Under the pieces are notes generated by a model. That model worked only from the letters and a program-made list of their open reading frames with translations. It was not told the DNA's origin and searched no databases. From positions 1 through 37,439 of IMG/VR virus record IMGVR_UViG_3300045988_085122: 37,439 bases of DNA, one strand, 5' to 3'. A program made the position numbers and the translations under genes. This stretch comes from a virus. This document shows, in pieces, positions 25,893-34,621 of this stretch. Within the stretch, counting starts at the first letter, position 1, and the number at the start of each line of letters is the position of its first letter.

Positions 25893-25906
25893 AAGCTATT
25901 ACCTTT

Positions 25907-26830
25907 CTATTTTTTGTCTGCACCTGATGTTTCTTCAGATGCGCCACCTGTGGCTGGTGCTGCTAAAGTTCCTTTGATTACGCCGTTAGCAACTTCTGGG
26001 AAGATCTTAATACCCCAATACAATGTGCTTTGGTTTGTCAAGTTTGTTGTGTTATCATCGCGAACTAAAGCGATTAAACCTGTTTCGTCTGTTGTAATAG
26101 ACTTGTTTTCAAATAACTTACGACTTTCACCGTTTGTATCTAAATACATCAAGTTAATGTTATCCTTGACGGTTGCATAGAATGTACCTTCTGGAACACT
26201 GGAGTTCATGATTAAAGTAACGCCACCTAAGAAGTTGTTAAGCAATGTTAAACCAAAGCCAACACTTGCTCCGTTTGTAATTTCTGCTGCACCTAGATAC
26301 TTAGCTGCATCCATTGGGTTGATAAACACAATTGTTTCTACTGCATCATCGTCGAACAATACTTGTAATTTACCTACTGATTGAGCAATTGCATTTTGTA
26401 AGCCACCTTGGGCTTTTAGATCTGTTGGCGCTGTTGCAAGAAAATCAAAGAAACTCTTACGAACGTTCTTTTGGATTTCCTTTAAGATACGCTTGTCTGA
26501 TTGTAGAACTGCCATATCATATCCAACGCGTTGAACTTCTTCAATAGATACGGCTTTACGTGCTTTTTCAAATGTAACAGTGAAAGCACGATCTTTCACA
26601 CGCTTAACTCCACTCAATGGGATATCTTCGCCTTCGCCAACAGCTGTTGTTTCAGCCATATCAGTAGCGAACTTATACATTTGAATAGTATTGCCTTGGG
26701 TCATCGCTTGCGGACGTGTAGTACTCAATGCTTGAGTTAATTTTGTAACACTTTCAGAAAAACGTTCTACGAAGTCTTTTGCTTGTACATCACCCATATC
26801 AGGTGTTTTGATTAATTTTGGATCTGCCAT
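25907..26830 (-). CDS. major capsid protein
   Basis: 307-aa ORF downstream of the scaffold gene with a strong RBS; conserved position. Confidence 0.8.
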   Translation of the reverse strand: MADPKLIKTPDMGDVQAKDFVERFSESVTKLTQALSTTRPQAMTQGNTIQMYKFATDMAETTAVGEGEDIPLSGVKRVKDRAFTVTFEKARKAVSIEEVQRVGYDMAVLQSDKRILKEIQKNVRKSFFDFLATAPTDLKAQGGLQNAIAQSVGKLQVLFDDDAVETIVFINPMDAAKYLGAAEITNGASVGFGLTLLNNFLGGVTLIMNSSVPEGTFYATVKDNINLMYLDTNGESRKLFENKSITTDETGLIALVRDDNTTNLTNQSTLYWGIKIFPEVANGVIKGTLAAPATGGASEETSGADKK

Positions 26831-26844
26831 AATTTTGTTTCCTC

Positions 26845-27453
26845 CTAGCTGAATAAGGACCAGTTATCACGCATTGCTTTTTGGCGCTCTGCTGTGTCCT
26901 TAATGTTTCTAATTTGTTCTTTTGTCATTTTAGTTTTAACTCCTGTTGTTCGTGGAGTTTTGCCTGCTAACAATTCTTTGCGTGTATCTTCCTTGATTCT
27001 CTCGATGAAATTAGTAATTGCTTGAACGTTAGCAACAGTCTTCTTGTTATCATTTACAACAACCATATCAAGTACTTCGTCAGGGACAGATAAGCCGTAC
27101 TCTTCAAACACTTGTTTAGTTTGCTTTAAGTCTTCGTTATGTGCTAAACGGTCTTCAAGCTCCTTGATACGTCTATCTTTGGCGTCTTCTTCCTGTTTAG
27201 CTTTCTCTTCGTCTGAAAGTTCCTTGATACTCTTGTCGTTGTTTTCGTACTTAGCAAGTTTAGCTTTGAGTTCCTCTACTTCTTTTAAAGCTTGGTGCTT
27301 GTCTTCTTGCTCCTTACTAATACGCTTTTGTAACTTCTTAGCAATCTTGTCAGCGTCTACTGGTTTCTTATCTTGGACGTCCTTCTCAACCGTTTCGACG
27401 TTTTCTTGATTGTCTTGAACATCAGTTACTTGTGTTGCTTCTTCTGTATCCAT
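26845..27453 (-). CDS. scaffolding protein
   Basis: Highly charged coiled-coil protein (KELSDEEKAKQEEDAKDRRIKELEDRLA). The start is likely the ATG at 27453 (RBS AGGAGG 7 nt upstream) rather than the ATG at 27474. Confidence 0.7.
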   Translation of the reverse strand: MDTEEATQVTDVQDNQENVETVEKDVQDKKPVDADKIAKKLQKRISKEQEDKHQALKEVEELKAKLAKYENNDKSIKELSDEEKAKQEEDAKDRRIKELEDRLAHNEDLKQTKQVFEEYGLSVPDEVLDMVVVNDNKKTVANVQAITNFIERIKEDTRKELLAGKTPRTTGVKTKMTKEQIRNIKDTAERQKAMRDNWSLFS

Positions 27454-27549
27454 AATTGGACCTCCTACTCGCATTTAACGTCATGGGAGACAGTTTACTC
27501 AAGTTGTTCTTTAACGACTGCAGCTACGGAAAAAGTCATCGCTTTAACA

Positions 27550-27828
27550 CTACTTTTTTAGTTTTGCATTTAATTTAAAAAATAAACGTTTGTACCAAGG
27601 TTGACGTTTGAATACAGATATCTTTCGATGGATGCTCTTGTGTGGATCAAAATAATAGCTTTTGGCACAAAAAGTAATGTTAACTTCGACAAAATCACCA
27701 TTGTTTACTGTTTTTGTGGTTGTGGTGCCATCAATGTTCGTCACGACGTAAGGTACTTCGTAATTATCGATCAATAGTGCATCTTTGTACTCTCTTACCT
27801 TTGGCAATCTTTCTTTTCTCATAGTCAT
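27550..27828 (-). CDS. hypothetical head-module protein
   Basis: 92-aa ORF between the minor head and scaffold genes. Confidence 0.4.
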   Translation of the reverse strand: MTMRKERLPKVREYKDALLIDNYEVPYVVTNIDGTTTTKTVNNGDFVEVNITFCAKSYYFDPHKSIHRKISVFKRQPWYKRLFFKLNAKLKK

Positions 27829-27834
27829 CCCTCC

Positions 27835-28845
27835 TTAGGAATTTTCGTGGGAATTATTTTCACCATCAACCCAGTAAGCGCTAATCCCGCATCTACAATT
27901 TGGGTGAGCTGGAACAATTGGACAATCATCTATCTCATAGACACCTTTGCCAAAGCCATCATCATTGTTCACGATATCACTGCAAATCTTACATGCACCC
28001 GGTTCAGCGTGCCATTTACAAAATCTATAGTCCATCTTAATCAACGAACTAACCTGTGCTTTATGCTGTACTCTAGCGCTCTCAGTACGTGCGATGCGCT
28101 CAGTAACATATCTGTGGTTAGCAACTGTTTGCCGCACATGTTTCTTAAGCAGCCTTGCCATCTCTCGTGGATTGTCTCCACGTATAATCCCTGTTGATAT
28201 AACTGCATCTAATTCAGCTTTTAAAGCGTCTATATTTGCCCATATTCGTTGGCTAAAGTTAGCACTGCCCGTTTGAGCCATTATGATTGTAGCAACCGTC
28301 AAGCTAGACCATAACGATGTTTTAGTTAGATCTTTACCTAAGATACTAGATTGACGTTTAACTTCATCCATATAGTCATCTCGAACCTTTTCTCGCATCT
28401 CGCCGTCTATATCCATACCTAAATCAACCATAGTTAATCCTATTTGTGATTTTAGGTACTCAAGTCGATTAAGCCGCATGGTTGCATTGTAAACTTTCAT
28501 ACGTATGTTTTCTTCTGTTGTAAAATCTTTACGAGATACTTTCCTACCTTGTTTTCTAATCCTGTTAGCTTTAGCTACAAGCCTTTTTGCTTCACGCTCA
28601 TATTTTTCTATGTCAAGTTTGTTAACTGCTTTATAAGCCCCTGTAACGTCAACGTTATCACCGTGTATCTCAACTATCTTCTGATATTCTACATCGATTT
28701 TGTCATTGATATCGTCAATGACTCTGTCATAATAATCAGTAAGTCTGTCATTAAACTTCCTATCGTTCTTCAGGTTTTGAGCTATCCGCTTCTCCTCGGC
28801 TTGTTCTCTGGCTTTCCAGTACGCTTCGTTCTTCCGGTTCTGCAT
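27835..28845 (-). CDS. minor head protein (Mu F-like / SPP1 gp7-like head morphogenesis protein)
   Basis: 336 aa. The C-terminus CKICSD...CPIVPAHPNCRCGI is typical of F-like minor capsid proteins; lies downstream of the portal. Confidence 0.75.
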   Translation of the reverse strand: MQNRKNEAYWKAREQAEEKRIAQNLKNDRKFNDRLTDYYDRVIDDINDKIDVEYQKIVEIHGDNVDVTGAYKAVNKLDIEKYEREAKRLVAKANRIRKQGRKVSRKDFTTEENIRMKVYNATMRLNRLEYLKSQIGLTMVDLGMDIDGEMREKVRDDYMDEVKRQSSILGKDLTKTSLWSSLTVATIIMAQTGSANFSQRIWANIDALKAELDAVISTGIIRGDNPREMARLLKKHVRQTVANHRYVTERIARTESARVQHKAQVSSLIKMDYRFCKWHAEPGACKICSDIVNNDDGFGKGVYEIDDCPIVPAHPNCRCGISAYWVDGENNSHENS

Positions 28846-30235
28846 CAGTTACACCACCTTTGAACATATCAGTCGCATTAATTGAATTCTGCAATGATTG
28901 TTTGATAAGATTTTCCTTTTCTGCATCCATCTTTTCAATCTCAGCTTTAGGATCATCAACAATAGATAATACTTTAAGCTGTGTTTCTTTAGATACAACG
29001 CCTTCGAGTGTCTTAGCTGTATTTGCTTCGTCTGCGTCGTTTACTGGTATGTTACGTTTAAACGTGAACGACAAGCCAGTTTTGATTTCATTAACTGAAG
29101 TGCTGCCGATAACCTTGCCCAAGCTTACGATATTGCTTAGAAAATTAGTTAAAGCTATCGTGAATTTACGTTCTTCTAACGCTGCTTGATTCTGCATGCT
29201 TAGCAGCTTATATCTAATAGCCACGCCGCTAGAGTTCCCACTAAACGCCTCATCGTTTAAATTGGCTACCATCGCTGTTTGAAAGATATCATTAACCAAA
29301 CGATCAAGCATGTTTTCTTGCATATTGTCGCTGTCCGGTTTAGATAAGAATTCAAATTTTGCATTTGCTGCTTCTGGCGATGGATCATTAAACACGCGCT
29401 TGCCGCCGTTAAAGTCAAGGATTGGCTTACCTGTTTTAGGATCCTTAGGCAAATTAATACCCAACATTAGAAGAAACGACTGATCAAAATATTCGAGCTC
29501 GTTAGCTTTTTGTGAGATTGCATTATCGTACGTATCAACTAAGGTTCTGATCTTACCAACTAAAGATAAACGTTCTTCATTTGCATAGAACTCTACCGCC
29601 GGAACTTCTTTAAACGGAACGATATCTCCTGTTTCTTCAAGTTCCCCGTCTCTGCCGATACTATAAACCTTACTATCAGTATAGACTTCCCCAACTAACT
29701 CAGAATTAAAATAAGCATATCTAACAAACGCAATAGGTTTACGCTTGATACTTGTATCATAGATAATAAAACCTTCATCCGGTGGCACTACTGCAACACA
29801 AGTATTACTATCTTCGTCTTGATAAGCCAACATGTAGGACGATCCATAGATTGCCACTTGCTTGGCTACTTCTGATAATTTGTCTGTAAACGTGTTAACC
29901 TTCAGCCAATCCTGTAACAGTTTGTTCTTACCATCATCTTCTAGCTGGATTTTAACCGGCGTTCCCATAAAGTATCCGATATACGTATCCACAACGTAAT
30001 TAGCCCAATTACTGATTACTCTGTTATCTGGTCTAAAACTGTTAGGATCAAACTTCTTCTTTAAAATCGAATGCTCGCCAGTATAGTAGCGGTAGTTCTC
30101 TCCATACGTTGTGATGCCTCTGTTATAGTTAATAAACGTTAAAACATCTTCGCCTGTTAGTTCTTCATTTGGATAAAGATACAGGCCTTCCTTAGATATA
30201 TAAGCACTGCCAGCAATCTTTACACTGTCTGCCAC
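28760..30235 (-). CDS. portal protein (SPP1 gp6-like)
   Basis: 491-aa ORF directly downstream of terL; size and position fit a portal. Confidence 0.85.
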   Translation of the reverse strand: MADSVKIAGSAYISKEGLYLYPNEELTGEDVLTFINYNRGITTYGENYRYYTGEHSILKKKFDPNSFRPDNRVISNWANYVVDTYIGYFMGTPVKIQLEDDGKNKLLQDWLKVNTFTDKLSEVAKQVAIYGSSYMLAYQDEDSNTCVAVVPPDEGFIIYDTSIKRKPIAFVRYAYFNSELVGEVYTDSKVYSIGRDGELEETGDIVPFKEVPAVEFYANEERLSLVGKIRTLVDTYDNAISQKANELEYFDQSFLLMLGINLPKDPKTGKPILDFNGGKRVFNDPSPEAANAKFEFLSKPDSDNMQENMLDRLVNDIFQTAMVANLNDEAFSGNSSGVAIRYKLLSMQNQAALEERKFTIALTNFLSNIVSLGKVIGSTSVNEIKTGLSFTFKRNIPVNDADEANTAKTLEGVVSKETQLKVLSIVDDPKAEIEKMDAEKENLIKQSLQNSINATDMFKGGVTDAEPEERSVLESQRTSRGEADSSKPEER

Positions 30236-30246
30236 GCTGCCACCTC

Positions 30247-31104
30247 CTAAATGTAAACTGAATTGATAAATTGAGCATCATTGTTTAGATGTTCGTTATA
30301 AATCGCGTATCTCATAGCATCCATTACGTCATCGTTTTGTTTGACTGGTTCGCCTGTTTTATCATCCCAGATGTATGTATAAATTTCATCTAGGAAACTT
30401 TGCACTGCTGAACTCAAAACAAAAAAGCGTCCTAACTTCATCAGTTTAGCCACGCTTTCTATTCCTGCCATACGTGCTTTATTTGCATTTCTGGTGTTTA
30501 TTCCATTACGTAAGAACTCATTGTAATTATCCGGCCTTGCTCCGTCTATAAAAAAGGTAACGTTGTATCCATATCTTTTCTGAATGCCCTTAGCAATATT
30601 AACCCAATAATCAATGAATTTGTGTTTTTTAGTATGTTCTTCAATTAGATAAGTGTTTCCCTTGTCGTCGTCTCCAAACAACACTATTGAGCCTTTGTGT
30701 TCATATCCCCAGTCAACTCCCGCATAATAATGTAAATCCTTCGGAACTTTGTCTACTAGCATACGTTTTTTATCGAAATCTTGATAAACCATGCCTTCCC
30801 CTGATACCCACAAGCCTAAAACATCCCGCTCATACATCATACCACTTGGTGTCATCGCTTTTTGGTCGTTGATATACTTTTGGCCTAGAAAGGACTCATT
30901 ATCATCCAAAGTAAAATGCGTGGATGATACTCTAACTTCTGGCTTGTCGTTATCTAAATAATCCACCTTCAGCCAGTGCTGGGGGTGGTCCGGATTAGTG
31001 TCACATATAATCTTGGCTTCATCTGCTGAACATCTATCCATGATTTCTTTAAACACATATCTATTAGCAAGGGATGCTTCATTAACGTATGCACCCCATG
31101 CTGT
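30247..31104 (-). CDS. terL: terminase large subunit, exon 2 (Walker B region plus C-terminal nuclease domain)
   Basis: Reads TAWGAYVNEASL...DDVMDAMRYAIYNEH, with the terminase nuclease aspartates. The in-frame TAA immediately upstream shows the 5' part lies across the intron. Confidence 0.85.
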   Translation of the reverse strand, partial: TAWGAYVNEASLANRYVFKEIMDRCSADEAKIICDTNPDHPQHWLKVDYLDNDKPEVRVSSTHFTLDDNESFLGQKYINDQKAMTPSGMMYERDVLGLWVSGEGMVYQDFDKKRMLVDKVPKDLHYYAGVDWGYEHKGSIVLFGDDDKGNTYLIEEHTKKHKFIDYWVNIAKGIQKRYGYNVTFFIDGARPDNYNEFLRNGINTRNANKARMAGIESVAKLMKLGRFFVLSSAVQSFLDEIYTYIWDDKTGEPVKQNDDVMDAMRYAIYNEHLNNDAQFINSVYI

Positions 31105-31479
31105 CATCATTTAATACCCCTGGTTTCCCAGTATTTTAAAAAGGGATTAGACTATATCTTCAATATTAATAAATAATATTGTTCCGCACTTCCAAATAAG
31201 GAATTTCACCTTAAATGTACTCCATAAAGGATAGTCGTTACACCTTCCTTGATTATCAAGGCTTGGCACGGTATTGTCATGCAAATTCAAAATGTAAACC
31301 TCTATATTGTTTATTAGATGGTGAAATTATTCTATATACATAACCAATCATTTATATAACCCCCTATGGTGCTTATATAAATGACTATACTAAGAATTTG
31401 TTTAGATTTCTACCGTTAGCATCTTTAAAAGATACACCTAACATTTATTAGTTCACGGAATTACGTGGCTAGACTATTA
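31105..31479 (-). ncRNA. group I self-splicing intron interrupting terL (no homing endonuclease ORF)
   Basis: RNA-sense sequence carries the S element AAGAUAUAGUCU (reverse complement of 31146-31157) and the R element ACGACUAUCC (P7: GACUA/UAGUC). The internal guide GCCACG pairs with the exon-1 end CGUGGU, giving a U-G wobble at the 5' splice site. P9 forms cugg-GAAA-ccag. The intron ends in G before ACAGCAUGG. Boundaries are inferred, plus or minus a few nt. Confidence 0.75.
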
Positions 31480-31842
31480 ACCACGGATGGCACCTAAGCC
31501 ACCAATAGAACCAGTATAAGCTAGAACGACTTTAACGCCAAATAAAGTGAAATTACCATGCTTGTCAAACTTGAATTCTATTCCATACTTGTTGCGCAAT
31601 GGATTAAGTATATTCTGTTCGATCGTCTTAGATGATACACCAGCAAGGATATATTGTGGCTCTCTGAATTTAACTGCATCCGCTCGTTTTCTAACTGCTC
31701 GTAATTCCATTAGAAACAAGTCATTGTCAATTACAGTCTTCCCAGAACGCTTAGCACCATAGTTAATCATCAATCGAAAGCCTTGCTTGTACTTCTTCAA
31801 AACTTCGATTTGGCGTTCGCTATACATCTGTCTTAGGCCCAT
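31480..31842 (-). CDS. terL: terminase large subunit, exon 1 (ATPase N-terminus, Walker A GAKRSGKT)
   Basis: MGLRQMYSERQIEVLKK...INYGAKRSGKT...VVLAYTGSIGGLGAIRG, then an intron-encoded stop; the N-terminal 121 aa alone cannot be a functional TerL. Confidence 0.85.
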
Positions 31843-32314
31843 CCTCTTTCACTTCCTTTTCAGCCAATGAGTCTAATTTGTCTAGATATTCGTTTAGTAA
31901 CTCTACGCCACTCGAGCCACTTTCTTTGAGCATCTGAGCTTTGAACTCTGCAATATTTGCTTCTGCGTTCGTCTTACGTGATCTAGCTTTAGCAAGCTTG
32001 AGTTCATCTGGTGATAACTGACTATCGTTGTATTTATCACGCCAGTTGTTCTTTAACCAAAAAATCATAGCGGTTGTATTACCGTTGATAGCCTTTTGAA
32101 ACAACTCTCGTTCAACAATGAAGTTGGCTGTTTCGCGTCCCACTTTTAGAGATTGCCTTATCTGCTTGTATTTTTGCTTCCAATGGTTGAGAGTGTGGAC
32201 ACTTATGCTCATATTATGAGCAATTTGTTCATCAGTTAAACCGTTTCTTTTCCATCCCTGGAGCAAAACTAAATTATCATCCTCTAGCCACTTTTGATAC
32301 AATCCTTTAGCCAC
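31820..32314 (-). CDS. terS: terminase small subunit
   Basis: 164 aa; N-terminal HTH-like region (LTDEQIAHNMSISVHTLNHWKQ) and a charged C-terminus. GTG start with RBS AAAGGTGGTGA; overlaps the terL start. Confidence 0.8.
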   Translation of the reverse strand: MAKGLYQKWLEDDNLVLLQGWKRNGLTDEQIAHNMSISVHTLNHWKQKYKQIRQSLKVGRETANFIVERELFQKAINGNTTAMIFWLKNNWRDKYNDSQLSPDELKLAKARSRKTNAEANIAEFKAQMLKESGSSGVELLNEYLDKLDSLAEKEVKEDGPKTDV

Positions 32315-32345
32315 GATCTAATTCACCACCTTTCAATCACAAGTC

Positions 32346-32377
32346 TTAACCTAATTGATTTAACGTCCTTCTGAAAC
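32346..32377 (-). promoter_or_regulatory. copy C of the conserved element AATTGrTTTAACrTyCTTCTGAAACm, upstream of terS and overlapping the Dam stop
   Basis: ctaattgatttaacgtccttctgaaaccatg matches 36021-36050 (caattggtttaacattcttctgaaacatca) at about 26 of 30 positions, with further similarity extending toward terS. Confidence 0.6.
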
Positions 32378-33271
32378 CATGTAAAGTTTCTCACACCTCT
32401 TATTAACGCCCCCAGCATATGTACCACGCGCCGTTTTAAACTCCCAAACAACCTTAAAACGTGGATCTGGAATGTTGTAGCCGGAAATAATTACAATATT
32501 TCTCTTGGACATCTCAACACACCAGTCATAGAACAATTGATAATCGAGCTCGAATTTATAGTCATTTTTTGTGTTTTGGTACGGCGGGTCAAGATAGAGA
32601 ATAGCATTTTTAACATTTGAAAATGCTGTATAGTCATAATTAGTTAGTTTCAGTTTTTGTGTTTGTTGTAATTGCCCCAACTGTTGCAGCCGTTCCAGTT
32701 GTGCCAGCCGTTCCAGTTGCGTCAGCCGTAGTATTTGTTTCGGTCGCCCTGGTTGCTTAGCGTTTCGGTAGATTTCCGTTTGCCTATAGCCACTAAACAC
32801 ATCATGTTTTTTTATAATTTCAATTGCGAGATTGTATTTTTCGTTAGACTGTTCTTTGTTGTACAAGTACCTCTTTGAATTATTAGCGAAAGAATTGACT
32901 AGCAATTTAAGATTGTCATCAACTGTTTTTTCTTTTTTATCACGAATAGTCAGAAACTCGTCACGTGAAACAATCAATGCTTTGAGCCATTTTCTATCTT
33001 GTGAGATGACTCTTACAAACATATTTGTAACATCGCTGTCTAAGTCGTTGTAGTGAACCCACATATCATTCAATAGCAACTCTGCAGTAATTGCACCGCC
33101 ACCGCCGAAAACGTCGTAAACTGGTATATCACTTCCGAAGTTTTGCTTGATTATCTCCACGATTTTTTTGGATACTTTTTTCTTGCTTCCAACATACGGG
33201 AGCCCAATAGGTTTTCCTTTTCGAATTTTTTTGTCGTCTAGTTGTAAAATCGGAACCCCCCTTGATTGCAT
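32360..33271 (-). CDS. dam: Dam-family (D12 class) N6-adenine DNA methyltransferase with internal QLERL-type repeat insertion
   Basis: Motif I VYDVFGGGGAIT and motif IV YLDPPYQNTKNDY. An internal LRLTQLERLAQLERLQQLGQLQQTQKLKL is encoded by tandem cagccgttccagttg-like repeats (32690-32745). The start is taken as the ATG at 33271; the track's longer ORF reads through an upstream terminator and is rejected. An AGGGGGG run 3 codons inside this ATG may instead be the Shine-Dalgarno for a later, non-canonical start. Confidence 0.8.
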   Translation of the reverse strand: MQSRGVPILQLDDKKIRKGKPIGLPYVGSKKKVSKKIVEIIKQNFGSDIPVYDVFGGGGAITAELLLNDMWVHYNDLDSDVTNMFVRVISQDRKWLKALIVSRDEFLTIRDKKEKTVDDNLKLLVNSFANNSKRYLYNKEQSNEKYNLAIEIIKKHDVFSGYRQTEIYRNAKQPGRPKQILRLTQLERLAQLERLQQLGQLQQTQKLKLTNYDYTAFSNVKNAILYLDPPYQNTKNDYKFELDYQLFYDWCVEMSKRNIVIISGYNIPDPRFKVVWEFKTARGTYAGGVNKRCEKLYMVSEGR

Positions 33272-33278
33272 AAAAAAA

Positions 33279-33300
33279 GAACAGTCGTTAAAACTGTTCT
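33279..33300 (-). terminator. Rho-independent terminator (agaacagt-cgttaaa-actgttct plus T7 on the minus strand) immediately upstream of dam
   Basis: 8-bp perfect stem followed by seven T on the transcribed strand. Confidence 0.6.
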
Positions 33301-33399
33301 CTGTAAAGGAATAGAATGAAAAATGATAGTTAATTGAAAACCCAAAACATGAGTAAAATATAAAATGCAATTATATCCACATAACGCTGCGGCCACGGT

Positions 33400-33475
33400 A
33401 TGGATAGTGCCATACACGCAAAGTAGCGTTCCGGGATCGAACCGAAACCACACTCCTACAAATATTATTCCAAAG
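33400..33475 (-). ncRNA. tRNA-like 3' fragment (T-arm GGTTCGATCC plus 7-nt acceptor strand); degenerate or partial tRNA
   Basis: Reverse strand reads ...uucgg-UUCGAUC-ccgga-acgcuac-u. The upstream acceptor strand gtagctg pairs for 5 of 7 bp. The anticodon arm folds poorly (possible UUG anticodon with U33). No CCA is encoded. Confidence 0.3.
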
Positions 33476-33750
33476 TGGAGGCATATTCTCAGCTACAAAC
33501 AACCAGAGAATATCATCGTCAAATGCTAAAGTCATTTAATGTCAGAGTGTGGCGTACCTACACACCACATAAAAGGCGAGTTAAACTCGTCTCGCTGTCT
33601 TTGAAGCTAATTATTAAGTTTTGGAATTGAAATGAATAAACTATGTCTTTCGACAATAATATAATAACACTTTTTTCGTTTAATTTCATCCTTTTTGTTT
33701 TCAATGTACGTTCCCAAGAAATCCCTTTGGTTTCCACTTTTATGCAATGC

Positions 33751-34263
33751 TCAAATATAAATGTGTAGATCTGGGCAATGTAAATTTTGGACTTCTAAGA
33801 TATCAGCAAATTCATTTAAAGCTTGTTTTCTAACTAAATAATATCTTGTTTTCTCATAATGCAACATCTGCATTGCTTCAGCTGCACTCGTCTCTCCAGT
33901 TATGTTACTAAATACCACTTTTAACTCGTGTGATCCTTTATCTATCGTTTGCCTAACTCCATCTACAATCGCCTTCGCATACAAATATTTGACCATCTTA
34001 TTTTCATTGCTGTTTCCAACACTACCCCCAGGCATACCACTTAAGCTTGGACTCTTTAATTTTTCCGGATTAGCCTGCATACATATATCATACAGTCTAG
34101 GATAGTATCTTCTGTTTGTCAGAAACTTTACGACATTATCAGCCGTTCCATCATAATCGATTTGAGGTAAATCTAATAACATATCTTCCACAAGCCCACA
34201 CTCCTTATGATATTTTTGTTTAAAGCTCTGTAATAATATTATCTCAATAAACCGAAGTGCCAT
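33751..34263 (-). CDS. ArpU-family late transcriptional regulator
   Basis: 170 aa. C-terminal KTRYYLVRKQALNEFADILE (sigma70 region-4-like) and position just upstream of the packaging genes are typical of ArpU/RinA-type late activators. Confidence 0.6.
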   Translation of the reverse strand: MALRFIEIILLQSFKQKYHKECGLVEDMLLDLPQIDYDGTADNVVKFLTNRRYYPRLYDICMQANPEKLKSPSLSGMPGGSVGNSNENKMVKYLYAKAIVDGVRQTIDKGSHELKVVFSNITGETSAAEAMQMLHYEKTRYYLVRKQALNEFADILEVQNLHCPDLHIYI

Positions 34264-34438
34264 CAGTATTTGTTAATTTACGGTATTCATACTGCCTACC
34301 CCATATTTCGCTATATGGTACTTCCTTGTTGTTCTCGTCAAAATATTTGATGGTATCTTTTTGTTGCCCTCTGCAGCATTTGAAATGAACTTTCAAACCG
34401 TCTTCAAATAATATTTCACCTTTTAAATCAAAAACCAT
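34244..34438 (-). CDS. hypothetical small protein
   Basis: 64-aa ORF overlapping the ArpU start region; contains CC and two charged segments. Confidence 0.35.
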   Translation of the reverse strand: MVFDLKGEILFEDGLKVHFKCCRGQQKDTIKYFDENNKEVPYSEIWGRQYEYRKLTNTDGTSVY

Positions 34439-34441
34439 ACT

Positions 34442-34621
34442 TACACCATCATTAAGCTTAAAAACATTATCACTGTCATAAAGACAGCAACATAGCCTAC
34501 ATTCTCTATTAATTCTAAAGTTTTGCCTTTATCTTCGCGTTTCATTGAATATATAAAGCAGCTTACTACCATATACGTTATTCCTACCGCAATCATTCCA
34601 TAGACAATTAATTGTTTCATT
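34442..34621 (-). CDS. small two-TM membrane protein (59 aa)
   Basis: MKQLIVYGMIAVGITYMVVSCFIYSMKREDKGKTLELIENVGYVAVFMTVIMFLSLMMV, with RBS AGGGAGG. Confidence 0.45.

Noticed and set aside
33272-33370. N-terminal extension (MHFIFYSCFGFSINYHFSF...) of the Dam ORF
   Set aside because: It reads through a strong hairpin plus T7 terminator, and the Dam homology (PYVGSKKK, like PFLKWAGGK) begins right after the ATG at 33271.
33400-33475. tRNA-like fragment as the attP core
   Set aside because: The integrase and arm-type repeats are about 14 kb away (9067-10585); attP is expected next to int, so this element is not the integration core.
33600-33750. 46-codon minus-strand ORF (MKLNEKSVIILLSKD...) downstream of arpU
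   Set aside because: No credible RBS. It crosses a predicted terminator hairpin (gcgag...ctcgc plus U-run) and has extreme AT-rich composition.
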